Source: Candidatus Eiseniibacteriota bacterium (GTDB lineage Bacteria > Orphanbacterota > Orphanbacteria > Orphanbacterales > Orphanbacteraceae). From it: DNA of 64,000 bases. The DNA lies in the NCBI GenBank assembly GCA_043809585.1, contig JBDROZ010000084.1:1-64000 (forward strand), read 5' to 3'. Positions within the stretch are counted from its first letter, which is position 1; each line of letters begins with the position of its first letter. Positions 54,846 to 64,000 of the stretch are shown in pieces. The translations under genes and the position numbers were made by a program. The notes under the pieces were generated by a model. The model made no database searches and was not told the DNA's origin. It saw only the letters and a program-made list of their open reading frames with translations.

Positions 54846-56624
54846 CTACATCATGGTTTGCGTCGACTTCCTCGGCAACGCGAATCGGTTGTACAGGACG
54901 AACATCAACGCCGTCAGCAGCATCACGCCGCCGAAGGCGAGCCACATCAAGTCGGGCCGCTGCATGTCTCTCGCGAGCTTCCCGTAGAACTGCCCCGAGA
55001 TGATTCCGCCGAACAAGTTGCCGAGCGCCACCGCCACGAAGTAGTACCCCATGTAGAGCGCCTTCTTGTCCCGCGGGGCGACCCGCCCGACGAACTCCTG
55101 GCTCGTCGGGCTCGCCATCATCTCCCCGAAGGAGAACGTCAGAATGCCCGCCGCCACGATCCAGACGAGACCGCCCGCGCCGATCATCCCCTGCGTACCC
55201 GCGAGGGCGGAGAATCCGATGCCCACCGCCGCGACCAGCATGCCGACGATCATCGTCGTGAACCGGTGGAACCGCCCCATCATGAAGGAGACGACCACCT
55301 GGAAGAGCACGATTCCGAGGGCGTTGATGTTGACGATGAACTCCGGGTTCACCTGCCGGCCCAGGTCGATGGCGCGGTCGGCCACGTCCCTCACCGAGAG
55401 CGAGGCGTCGGTCACGAGGGGACGGATCTGGTCCGGCGACAGGCGGACCTTGCTGTAGAGAAGCCTGCGGGACGTTTCTTCCAGCGCCGCCTCGTCCGGG
55501 TCTCCCTCCGCGCGAAGCTCCTCGAAGAACCGGACGATCTCACCCCGCTCCGACTCGTTGATCGTCGCCAGCTTCGTCACCACCCCGTCGCCGAAGATCT
55601 TCTGCGCCACCTGGATCATCGGCTTCGTTTCGGTGAAGTCCCGGATGTACTCGGGCATGGTGTAGAAGATCTGGTTGAAGCTCGTCCAGAAGCCGGACAT
55701 GATCAAGAGAAAGAGGGCGAATCGCCAGTTGCTGCAGCGCATGCGCCGTGCCAGCGGGTTCCGCTTCGGCGCGGCCGCTTTCGGTTCTCCGCTCCCCACG
55801 GGAAGGACCCGGTCATAGAGCAGGTTGCCCGCGACCCAGGCGGCGAGAAGAATGAATGCCCAGGTCCAGGAGAACCAGGACACTCCCAGACTGTCGAACG
55901 AGCTCGAAAGCACAAGACCGATCAGCACCACACCGGTGGTGATGAAGAAGCGAAGGTTCCCGAGCACCTCCACGAGCCCGTCGAGTACGCCCCGGAGGCT
56001 CCGCTTGTCCTCGGTCTCCGACACCGGCTCCTTGTAGAAGATCGAGACCAGGACCAGGTTGACGACGGCCCAGAAGCTGCAGGCAATGAACACTTTGTCC
56101 CAGCCCCACCCGCGGACCACGCCAGCGACGACCGGACCGAGGAAACCGCCCACGTTCACCATCATGTAGAAGATGCCGAAGCCCGTGGACGAGTTCGAGT
56201 CGTTCGTCACCCGCGCTACCGTGCCGACCACGACGGGCTTGAAGATCGCCGCGCCGATCGCCACGAGGAAGAACGTCACCGTGAAACCGGTGAGGGAGGT
56301 GAACTGGCCGAGCAGGAAGTAGGCGACGATCATGATCGAGTAGGAGATCACGAACATCTTCTTGAACCCGTACCGGTCGGCGAGGGCGCCGGTCAGCACC
56401 GGCATGAGATACAAGAAGAAGGGAATGATCGCCTGCAGCGTCCCCCGGAGCTCGGTGGAGAAGCCGAGTCCGCCGGTCTCCACGCTCCCCGTGACGTAGA
56501 CCGCCATGACGGTGAACCAGCCGTACCAGGACATCCGCTCGAAGATCTCCATGGTGTTGGCGATCCAGAACGTCTTCGGGAAGCTCTTCAGTTGCTCGAC
56601 GAACCCCGGTTTGCGCTCGGTCAC
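54846..56624 (-). CDS. POT-like MFS peptide transporter with a large inserted loop
   Basis: MEIFERMSWYG, GALADRYG, FKP, GFGIFYMMVNVG and FGEMMASP. Confidence 0.85.
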   Translation of the reverse strand: MTERKPGFVEQLKSFPKTFWIANTMEIFERMSWYGWFTVMAVYVTGSVETGGLGFSTELRGTLQAIIPFFLYLMPVLTGALADRYGFKKMFVISYSIMIVAYFLLGQFTSLTGFTVTFFLVAIGAAIFKPVVVGTVARVTNDSNSSTGFGIFYMMVNVGGFLGPVVAGVVRGWGWDKVFIACSFWAVVNLVLVSIFYKEPVSETEDKRSLRGVLDGLVEVLGNLRFFITTGVVLIGLVLSSSFDSLGVSWFSWTWAFILLAAWVAGNLLYDRVLPVGSGEPKAAAPKRNPLARRMRCSNWRFALFLLIMSGFWTSFNQIFYTMPEYIRDFTETKPMIQVAQKIFGDGVVTKLATINESERGEIVRFFEELRAEGDPDEAALEETSRRLLYSKVRLSPDQIRPLVTDASLSVRDVADRAIDLGRQVNPEFIVNINALGIVLFQVVVSFMMGRFHRFTTMIVGMLVAAVGIGFSALAGTQGMIGAGGLVWIVAAGILTFSFGEMMASPTSQEFVGRVAPRDKKALYMGYYFVAVALGNLFGGIISGQFYGKLARDMQRPDLMWLAFGGVMLLTALMFVLYNRFALPRKSTQTMM

Positions 56625-56670
56625 TTCCGTTACTCCTCTCCGGTGGAGCGGCGGGCCGTCCGGAAGCCCG

Positions 56671-58122
56671 TCATTCCGCGCCGTACTCCAGTCGCTTCAG
56701 AAGGGGCGAGAGCAGCAGCAGGATCACGCCCGCGCCGCCCGCGAAGTAGACGATCATCTCGAAGACGCGTTCGTAGCCCGCCTCGGCCCCGGTGAGCGCC
56801 GCGATCTGGCCCGAGAGCACGCCGGCGAAAGCGTTGGACAGGAACCATACGCCCATCATGAGGCCCGTGAGCCGGGCCGGGGAGAGCTTCGTCACCGTCG
56901 AAAGGCCGACCGGCGAGAGACAGAGCTCTCCGGTGGTGTGAAGGAAATAGGCGAGGATGAGCCAAACCAGGCTCGAGGTCCCCCCGTTCGCCGCCTGCTT
57001 CGCCGCGACGACCATGGCCACGAACCCGGCCGCGAGCTGCAGCAATCCGAACCCGAATTTCACCGGCGCCGCGGGGTTCTTCCCCGCCTTCCCGAGACGG
57101 ATCCAGAGGGCGGAGAAGGGGATCGCGAGGAGAATGATGAACGCCGGGTTCACCGATTGGAACCAGGTCGTCGGCACCTCCCATCCGAGGACGTGCCGGT
57201 CCACGTGCCGGTCGGTGAAGAGGTTCATGGAGCTGCCCGCCTGCTCGAAAGAGGCCCAGAAGCAGATGCTGAAGAGAATCAGCGCGAGCACCACGAAGAG
57301 GCGGCCCCGTTCCTCCCGGGGGCTCCGCATCGCCTCGAAAACGATGTACGCCACGAGAAGGGGCCCGATCAGGTAAACGCCGTTCTGCACCCACCCCGGG
57401 CGGGTGAGCATGTAGGCGGCGAAGGGGATGAAGAGGACGATCGCCGCGTACAGGACGACCATCTTCGGGAGACCGGCGATCCGCTCGGAGAACGCCTCGC
57501 GCCGGGGGGGGTCTCCGACGGCGCCGACCAGCCGCTGCCCCCAGAGGAAGACGCCGAGGCCGATCAGCATTCCGACCCCCGCGAGGGTGAACCCGTAGTG
57601 CCAGCCGATCCGCTCGCCGAGGTAGCCGCAGGCGAGAGGGGAGAGCCCGGCGCCGATGTTGATCCCCATGTAGAAGATGGTGAAGGCCCCGTCCCGGCGG
57701 GGATCGTGGGCGTCGTAGAGAGAGCCGACCATGGTCGAGATGTTCGGCTTGAAGAAGCCGTTCCCCGCGATGATCAGCGCCATGGCCCCGAAGAAGAAGA
57801 TCGGGTGCTCGATGGCCATGGCGAAGTGGCCGAAGGACATGAGCACGCCGCCGATGATGATCGCCCGCCGGTACCCGAGGAACCGGTCGGCGAGCATGCC
57901 GCCGATGAAGGGGGTGGCGTAGACGAAGCCGACGTAGGCGCCGTAGATGCCCGTCGCCAGATGGTCCGCGTACTCGAGGGCATTGACCATGTAGAGGACG
58001 AGGAGGGCCCGCATGCCGTAGAAGCTGAACCGCTCCCACAGTTCGGCGAAAAAGAGAACGAAGAGACCTTTGGGATGGCCGAGGAACCGCTCGTCCCGGG
58101 GCCGGGTGTTCGCGTCGATCAT
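56671..58122 (-). CDS. Proton-dependent oligopeptide transporter (POT/PTR)
   Basis: GHPKGL, ELWERFSFYGMR, GFFKPN, FYMGINIG and GELCLSPVG. Confidence 0.93.
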   Translation of the reverse strand: MIDANTRPRDERFLGHPKGLFVLFFAELWERFSFYGMRALLVLYMVNALEYADHLATGIYGAYVGFVYATPFIGGMLADRFLGYRRAIIIGGVLMSFGHFAMAIEHPIFFFGAMALIIAGNGFFKPNISTMVGSLYDAHDPRRDGAFTIFYMGINIGAGLSPLACGYLGERIGWHYGFTLAGVGMLIGLGVFLWGQRLVGAVGDPPRREAFSERIAGLPKMVVLYAAIVLFIPFAAYMLTRPGWVQNGVYLIGPLLVAYIVFEAMRSPREERGRLFVVLALILFSICFWASFEQAGSSMNLFTDRHVDRHVLGWEVPTTWFQSVNPAFIILLAIPFSALWIRLGKAGKNPAAPVKFGFGLLQLAAGFVAMVVAAKQAANGGTSSLVWLILAYFLHTTGELCLSPVGLSTVTKLSPARLTGLMMGVWFLSNAFAGVLSGQIAALTGAEAGYERVFEMIVYFAGGAGVILLLLSPLLKRLEYGAE

Positions 58123-58281
58123 GTCGCCTCTCGAGCGGCCACCGCCGGTCCCGGGGCGTCCGCGGGATTCGGATCACCAGGGAGGGAGCGGCGACGACGC
58201 GCCGGGGGGGCGCGGCCTTCCGCCGCCTCGAATCCGAAAAGCATACCGAAAACGGCGCCGGCTGACCAGGAGGAACGTCCC

Positions 58282-59844
58282 CTACTCGGGAGCGGGGGCT
58301 TCGACGACACGGGCCTCTTCGAAGCCGAACGACTTCGCCCGCTCGAGGGCGGCCCACGCCTCGGCGCCGGTAAGGGAGCGGCCCACGTAGACGGCGAATC
58401 CTTCTCCGTCCGCCTCGACGAAGAGGGGATGACGGAAGACGGTCTCCACCGCGGCCCTGTAGTCCGCCGCCTCCTTCTCGTCCTCCGAGAAGAAGATGCG
58501 CACCCGGTAGGCGAGCCCCTCGGAGGGGGGGCGGAGGGAGGCCGACTCGGGGGCTTCGGGGGGGGGCGCGATGGATGCCGCCCCCTCCTCCGGAACCGGC
58601 GCGAGGCCGGTCTCCACGATCCACGCTTCGTCGTGCCCCGCGGCGATCGCCTTCTTCCGCAGGGAGCGGGCTTCCTCCAACGTGAGATCCCGGCCGAGAA
58701 ACACCTTCTGATAGGGAGGACAAGACTCGACGTACAAGGGCCGGTCGAAGCCGCCGGCCGCCCGCCCGGCGAAGGCCTCGGCCCGTTCCCGGTCGGCGGA
58801 GGCGCATAGCTGGATCCGATATCTCTTCCCGCCCCCCTCCGCCGGCGGCGACGGGGAGGGAATGGCGGGGGCTTCGTCCGACGGGGGAGCGGCCCCCTCC
58901 TTCTCTTTCTCTTTCTCTTTCTCTTTCTCTTTCTCTTTCTCTTTAGCCGGGGCCTGGTCCTCCGGCGCGCCGGCCGCCCTGGTTACCTCCGCGAGGACCG
59001 GCGGCTTCTCTTCTTTCGGGGGCGGAAGGATCTCCGCCGTCACCGGAGAAATCTCCGGCGGCGGATCCGCGAACTCGACGGTCGTATCCCGCTCCGCGAA
59101 CTCGCCCCGGCCGAGGTCGATTTGGACGCCGATCCAGTAGCGCCCCGGGGGGAGGGGCGAGCGGGTGACGACGTCGACGTCGACATGGGCATCCGGTTCC
59201 ACCTCGAGGCCGCCGAAGAAAGAAAGGGGGATGTTCTCCAAAGTCGGCGTTCTCTCCCCACGAACGAGGACGGAACCGCGCCCGGAGAGGAACGTGTTTC
59301 CCTCGTTCACCGCGCGGAGCTTCACCCGGACCCGGCCGTCCTCCTCCCGTGCGAAAGAGGACCACCCGATCGCGAGGCTCCGCCGGAGAGTGCCCGCCCC
59401 GTCCACCTGGATGCGGACGACCGCGTCCATCCCGGGCGCCGAACCGCCGACCGGCTCGAGGACGAGATCGGACCAGTACGATCCCTCGACATCCCAGGGA
59501 ACCTCGGCCCGCACGTCGATCTCCTTCTTCTGCCAGGGGGCGAACTCGAGGAATCGCTCTCCGACCTTCAGCCAGGGGGCGGAGGAGCGGTCGAGAACGC
59601 CGGCCTCCAGAAACTCCACGGATCCGTCGCTCCGGACATGCCGGTCCCGGAGGGAGATCTTCGCCACCACCGGCAGGCTCGTCTCGTTCACCACCGTGAG
59701 GGTCCGGGTCTCGGTGCCGCCCGGGATGACGAGCATGGCGAGGCGGGGCGGGGTCACGGTGAGGGTCGGCGACGCGGCGGCGATCGAGGCGGTCGAAATC
59801 AAGAGGGCGACGGCGTATCGGGAAGGACGGAACACGGCGTTCAC
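58282..59844 (-). CDS. Secreted protein: pilus-chaperone-like Ig region, KE-rich linker and two SPOR domains
   Basis: Signal peptide and an N-terminal beta-sandwich region (RTLTVVN, SSAPWL, VNEGN). SPOR-like segments YRIQLCAS..YQKVFLG..EAWIV and YRVRIF..FAVYVG..EARVV. Confidence 0.7.
   Translation of the reverse strand: MNAVFRPSRYAVALLISTASIAAASPTLTVTPPRLAMLVIPGGTETRTLTVVNETSLPVVAKISLRDRHVRSDGSVEFLEAGVLDRSSAPWLKVGERFLEFAPWQKKEIDVRAEVPWDVEGSYWSDLVLEPVGGSAPGMDAVVRIQVDGAGTLRRSLAIGWSSFAREEDGRVRVKLRAVNEGNTFLSGRGSVLVRGERTPTLENIPLSFFGGLEVEPDAHVDVDVVTRSPLPPGRYWIGVQIDLGRGEFAERDTTVEFADPPPEISPVTAEILPPPKEEKPPVLAEVTRAAGAPEDQAPAKEKEKEKEKEKEKEKEGAAPPSDEAPAIPSPSPPAEGGGKRYRIQLCASADRERAEAFAGRAAGGFDRPLYVESCPPYQKVFLGRDLTLEEARSLRKKAIAAGHDEAWIVETGLAPVPEEGAASIAPPPEAPESASLRPPSEGLAYRVRIFFSEDEKEAADYRAAVETVFRHPLFVEADGEGFAVYVGRSLTGAEAWAALERAKSFGFEEARVVEAPAPE
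58901..58944. repeat. Hexamer microsatellite (TTCTCT)n encoding poly-KE
   Basis: About 7 tandem units, in frame within the SPOR protein linker. Confidence 0.85.
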
Positions 59845-60020
59845 CTCCTCGGGTCCCGGAAACCGGACATCGGCCGATCGCCGTGATCATAGGGAAAAGA
59901 AAGGGGGACGCAACCGTTTTCACGCCCCGGGCGCCCCGGGGAAGCGAACCCGCCGCGCGGCGCTCGCCCACGGACCGGCGGCCGGCCGAGCCCGCCCTGG
60001 ATCGGGAGACTCCTCTGCGC

Positions 60021-60026
60021 TATAAT
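60021..60026 (+). promoter_or_regulatory. Putative -10 box upstream of the HEAT-repeat gene
   Basis: TATAAT about 70 nt upstream of ATG 60093. No clear -35. Confidence 0.35.
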
Positions 60027-60092
60027 TCATCCCCTGAGCAAGGCACGCCCCGGCCACGCGTACGGACGACAACGAACCGAGGGAATTCCGTC

Positions 60093-60875
60093 ATGGAAGC
60101 AGACACCCGCCGTAAGATCGAGATGCACCTCGCCAGCCGCGACCCGGACGAGATCCTCCGGGGACTCGCCCTGGCCCGGAAAGAGATCGCGAACTTCCCC
60201 ATGGAGGATGCGGAGCGGATCCTCGAGCGGGTCGGCGCCCTCTTCTACATCGACCCCCTCGACCGGCCCGATCTGATGCCGGTGGTCGACGAGGCAGTGA
60301 ACTTCGTGAGCGCTTTCGGCCCCCGGGTGATTCCGTACCTCGTCGGCGAACTGCAAGCGGCGGACGTGAAGGCCCAGCTCGCCGTCTCCCATGCCCTCGG
60401 TCGGATGGGCGAGGACGCCATCGACCCTCTCGTCTCCGAGTACCTCCTCTCGAGCGATCCCGAGCGGCGGTCGTTCATCCTGTACGCCATGGGAAAGATC
60501 AAGTCCCCCCAAATCGCGAAGGCCGCGGCCCTCGCCATCGAGTCGGCGTCGTCCGATGACGCGGACCTCCGGGACACGGCGGTTCGGGCGATCGGCAAGC
60601 TCGCCGAGTCGATCCCGCCGGGGGCCTTGCGCGAAGAGGTCCGGTCCGGCCTCGTCCGCCAACTTCGGGTGAACCTGGCGGATCAGAACGCGGGGATTCG
60701 GGCGAAGGCGGTCCGGAGCCTCGGCAAGCTCGCCCGGTACGGTCACCTCCACGGGAAGGAAACGGCGGAGGCGAAGAAGACCTTCGAGCTGCTCCTCGGG
60801 AAGGACGAGAACTTCTCGTGGGACCGGGCATACCTCGTCCGCCGGGAGGCGGAGGAGGCGTTGGAGGCATTCTGA
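60093..60875 (+). CDS. HEAT-repeat protein
   Basis: Repeats AVSHALGRMG, ILYAMGKI, RDTAVRAIGKL and RAKAVRSLGKL. Confidence 0.8.
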   Translation: MEADTRRKIEMHLASRDPDEILRGLALARKEIANFPMEDAERILERVGALFYIDPLDRPDLMPVVDEAVNFVSAFGPRVIPYLVGELQAADVKAQLAVSHALGRMGEDAIDPLVSEYLLSSDPERRSFILYAMGKIKSPQIAKAAALAIESASSDDADLRDTAVRAIGKLAESIPPGALREEVRSGLVRQLRVNLADQNAGIRAKAVRSLGKLARYGHLHGKETAEAKKTFELLLGKDENFSWDRAYLVRREAEEALEAF

Positions 60876-61141
60876 GAGCGACCCCGCATTCAACGGGATT
60901 GTGTGTCTTTGCCGGACGGCCAAGGTCGGGTACCCCAAAGGAGAGATCAGCCGACCCGTTTGCCGGCCCCCAAAAAACCCGGGTTCCAATTCGCTCTATT
61001 CTGTGGTATAGTAATGCGTTAGAAAGAGCCCACCGCTCCTTTCGTTTCCCGCCGCTCCCCCCGCGCGCGGGCCGACGTCCGGCCCTGGCGCGCTAAGCCG
61101 ATCGTGCTCGTAATCGTCCTGCTCTCGCTGGGAGGTCATCG

Positions 61142-64000
61142 ATGCGCAACGTCGTCCCCTTCGCGGTCGTCGCCGTTTTCGGCCTGGCGGCTCCCCTTCT
61201 TGCCGCCGGTCTCGTTCCCCTCGCCGACCGCGCCGGCGAGCCGCCCGTCATCGAAGTGGTCGAGCCCGGCGATCACGGGCTCCGCTTGATCTTCGAGATG
61301 AAGGATCTGGTCGAGGGGTCGATCACCACCGAGGACGGCTCCTTCCAGACCGCCGCCCTACCGGGGGGCCAAATCGCGGGCCGCCCCGGCGAACCGGGCG
61401 TCCCCGTCTTCTCACGGTTCGTGGCGGTGCCCGAGGGGGCCGTGATCCGCGTCAGTGCGGCGCGGGGGGACGAGGAGATCCGCGCCGGCGTCCGTCTCGC
61501 ACCGGCGCCGGACGAGGAGGACAGGATCCTCTTCCGGGAGGCGATCTACTTCCAGGCGCGGCTCGAGGATGAGCCCGCCGTGACGATCGGGGGGCCGGCC
61601 CGCATCCGGGATGTCACGGTCGTCCCGATCACGTTCCGGCCGGTCCGGTACGACGCCGCCGGGGGCGTGATGAAGATCGCCCGGCGGCTCGACGTGGAGA
61701 TCGCCTTCGAGGGGGGCGCGCCGCGGAAGAGCGCCGCCTCCATGAAGCCCGTGCCGACGAGTTTCGCCGAGCTTTACCGGAGCATCGTCCTGAACGCCGA
61801 CGACCTCCTCGCCGGACGGGAAGTCCGGCCGGGGGGGATCGCCGTGATCTACCCGGACAGCGCCGGCATTCTCGACAGCCTGCAGCGCTATGTCGAATGG
61901 CGGACCCGGAAGGGTGCGGAGGTGATCATCGCCTCCCGCGCCGAGGCGGGCGGGGGCAAGGCGAACATCAAGAGCTGGATCCAGTCGGTCTACGACGACC
62001 CGGACGTCGCCCTCGAGTATCTCGTGATCGTCGGGGACGCCGGCGACGTCGATACTCCCTTCCCCATTCCTTGCTGGCACGATCTCCGCAGCGGGTACTT
62101 CGGCGAGGGGGATCTCCCGTACGGGCTGCTCGAGGGGGACGACGACCTCGCCGACGTCCATTACGGGCGACTCTCCTTCAGCACCCGAGACCAGCTGTCC
62201 ATCATCCTCTCCAAGACCATCGGATACGAAACGGACCCGTACACGGACGATCCGGACTGGTTCACCCGGGCCGTGGTCGTCGGGGATCCGCGGCAATCGG
62301 GGATCAGCACCGTCGACGCCGGTCGCTGGCTGGAGCACAGACTCGAGGGCATCGGGTACGACGACATCCACACGGTCTATGGCGGCGCCTTCACCTCTCT
62401 CATGCGGACCGGACTCGACCGGGGGAACACGGTCTTCGCCTACCGGGGCTTCGCAGGCATGAGCGGATGGAGCAACGCCTTGACCAGCATCCTGACCAAC
62501 GGGCGGATGCTCCCCTTCGTAGCCACCCTCACCTGCCTGACCGGCTCCTTCGAGGGGGGGACCTCCATCTCCGAAGGGTTCCTTCGGGCCGGCACCATCG
62601 GTCCTTTCGTCTCGAAGGGGGCCGTCGGCGCCGTAGGCACCGCGACGGGCGGGACCCACACCCGGTACAACAACTGCATGCACTACGGGATCTGGCGGGG
62701 CTTCACCCTCGAGGGACTGCAGACCATGGGCGCCGCCCTGAACCGGGGCCGCCTCGAGATGTTCCTGAACTACGAGGCCATGGAGCCCTTCATCCCGGTC
62801 ATCTGGTCGTATTGGAACAACCTGATGGGCGACCCGGCCCTCGACGTCTTCACCTCCTTCCCCGAACCGTTGACCGTCACCCACCCGTCGGTGATCCCGA
62901 TCGGCGCGAGCGGCTTGAACGTCCTGGTCGAGGAACCGGGAGGGCCGTGCGAGGGGGCCCTCGTCTGCCTCTGGAAGGAGGGAGAAACTCACGTGACGGC
63001 GCTGACGGGACCGGACGGGTGGGCCGACCTCGGCATCGGCGTCGCCACGGCCGGGGAGATGAAGGTGACGGTCACCAAGCACGACCGCCGCGCCTATCTG
63101 GCTTCGGTTCCCGTGACGGACACCCTCCACGTGGGGGTGTCCATGGGCGTGATCAGCGACGACGATCCCGCCGCCGGCGCGGCCGACGGCCGGATCAACC
63201 CGGGCGAGTCGATCGGATACACGGTGCAGCTCACGAACCACGGCGGCCAGACAGTCGCGGCCGTCACCGGCACGTTGACCACGGGGGATCCGTTCATCAC
63301 CATCGTCGACGGCGCGGAGGAGTTCGGCGACATTCCGGCGGGCGGGTTCGCATGGTGCGCCGACGATTTCGATTTCACGGTGAACCCCGGATGTCCCGAT
63401 GGGCACGAGGCGCGGTTGATCTTGACGGCGAGTTCCGCCGACGGCTCCTGGGAGTCCTTCGTCGATCTTCCGGTCGTCTCCGCATGTCTGTCCGCCGACT
63501 CGGCGGCCGTGCACGACCCCGACGGGCGGCTCGATCCGGGCGAGACGGCGGAGCTCTCGGTCCGACTTTCGAACGGGGGGGGCGCCGACGCGACGGACGC
63601 CGCGGTGACGCTGAAGTCGCTTTCCGATTTCGTGATCGTCACCGAGGGGTCCGCGGGCTACGGGACGATTCTCTCGGGCGGATCGGCGATGAACGGCGGC
63701 GACCGGTTCACGATCGTCGCGGCGGCGGACGCCTACGAGGGGATGACGGCCTTCCTCATCTTGACGGCCGAGTTCAGCGGCGGGGCCCGGGACACGGCGT
63801 TTCTCGCCCTGCCGATCGGCGACCGGACCGAAGACGATCCGGCCGGGCCCAGCGGCTACGGCTACTGGGCTTTCGACGACGCCGACACCGCCTACCCGGA
63901 GGCGCCCGTTTTCGACTGGGTGGAGCTGGACCCCCTTTACGGAGGGAACGGCACGGAGATCGTCACGTCCGACTTCGGCGAGTTCGAGGACGAGACGGTC
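61142..64000 (+). CDS. Gingipain-like peptidase C25 family protein (partial, runs off the window)
   Basis: GGGAGG RBS, signal peptide and propeptide GEPGVPVFSRFVAVP. Motifs YLVIVGD, DVHYGRLS, TLTCLTGSF, SEGFLR and NLMGDPAL. The frame appears open to the window end. Confidence 0.85.
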   Translation, partial: MRNVVPFAVVAVFGLAAPLLAAGLVPLADRAGEPPVIEVVEPGDHGLRLIFEMKDLVEGSITTEDGSFQTAALPGGQIAGRPGEPGVPVFSRFVAVPEGAVIRVSAARGDEEIRAGVRLAPAPDEEDRILFREAIYFQARLEDEPAVTIGGPARIRDVTVVPITFRPVRYDAAGGVMKIARRLDVEIAFEGGAPRKSAASMKPVPTSFAELYRSIVLNADDLLAGREVRPGGIAVIYPDSAGILDSLQRYVEWRTRKGAEVIIASRAEAGGGKANIKSWIQSVYDDPDVALEYLVIVGDAGDVDTPFPIPCWHDLRSGYFGEGDLPYGLLEGDDDLADVHYGRLSFSTRDQLSIILSKTIGYETDPYTDDPDWFTRAVVVGDPRQSGISTVDAGRWLEHRLEGIGYDDIHTVYGGAFTSLMRTGLDRGNTVFAYRGFAGMSGWSNALTSILTNGRMLPFVATLTCLTGSFEGGTSISEGFLRAGTIGPFVSKGAVGAVGTATGGTHTRYNNCMHYGIWRGFTLEGLQTMGAALNRGRLEMFLNYEAMEPFIPVIWSYWNNLMGDPALDVFTSFPEPLTVTHPSVIPIGASGLNVLVEEPGGPCEGALVCLWKEGETHVTALTGPDGWADLGIGVATAGEMKVTVTKHDRRAYLASVPVTDTLHVGVSMGVISDDDPAAGAADGRINPGESIGYTVQLTNHGGQTVAAVTGTLTTGDPFITIVDGAEEFGDIPAGGFAWCADDFDFTVNPGCPDGHEARLILTASSADGSWESFVDLPVVSACLSADSAAVHDPDGRLDPGETAELSVRLSNGGGADATDAAVTLKSLSDFVIVTEGSAGYGTILSGGSAMNGGDRFTIVAAADAYEGMTAFLILTAEFSGGARDTAFLALPIGDRTEDDPAGPSGYGYWAFDDADTAYPEAPVFDWVELDPLYGGNGTEIVTSDFGEFEDETV

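Overview
High-GC bacterial chromosomal window. Several secreted proteins carry FlgD-Ig/T9SS-like C-terminal domains and there is a gingipain-like C25 protein, so an FCB-related candidate lineage is likely (inference). Gene content is mostly housekeeping and envelope: Ppx/GppA, a lipoprotein Memo-AMMECR1 fusion beside a spermidine-synthase-like membrane protein, a MetX-Hom fusion, a photolyase/SRPBCC/DUF523-DUF1722 operon, corA, tamA and a frameshifted tamB, a NikR-controlled Ni/Co ECF transporter with a clear operator, pullulanase, lemA-htpX, metH-metF, rsgA, three POT-like MFS transporters, a SPOR protein and a partial C25 peptidase. I recognised no CRISPR array, rRNA, tRNA or transposase. 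The most unusual signal is a set of 130-190 nt nested-palindrome elements. One family shows compensatory changes in its stems between copies, and several elements end exactly on TAG stop codons. One element appears to have inserted cleanly into the signal-peptide codons of a CpcT-like lipoprotein gene. All calls come from motif recognition by eye; no searches were run.
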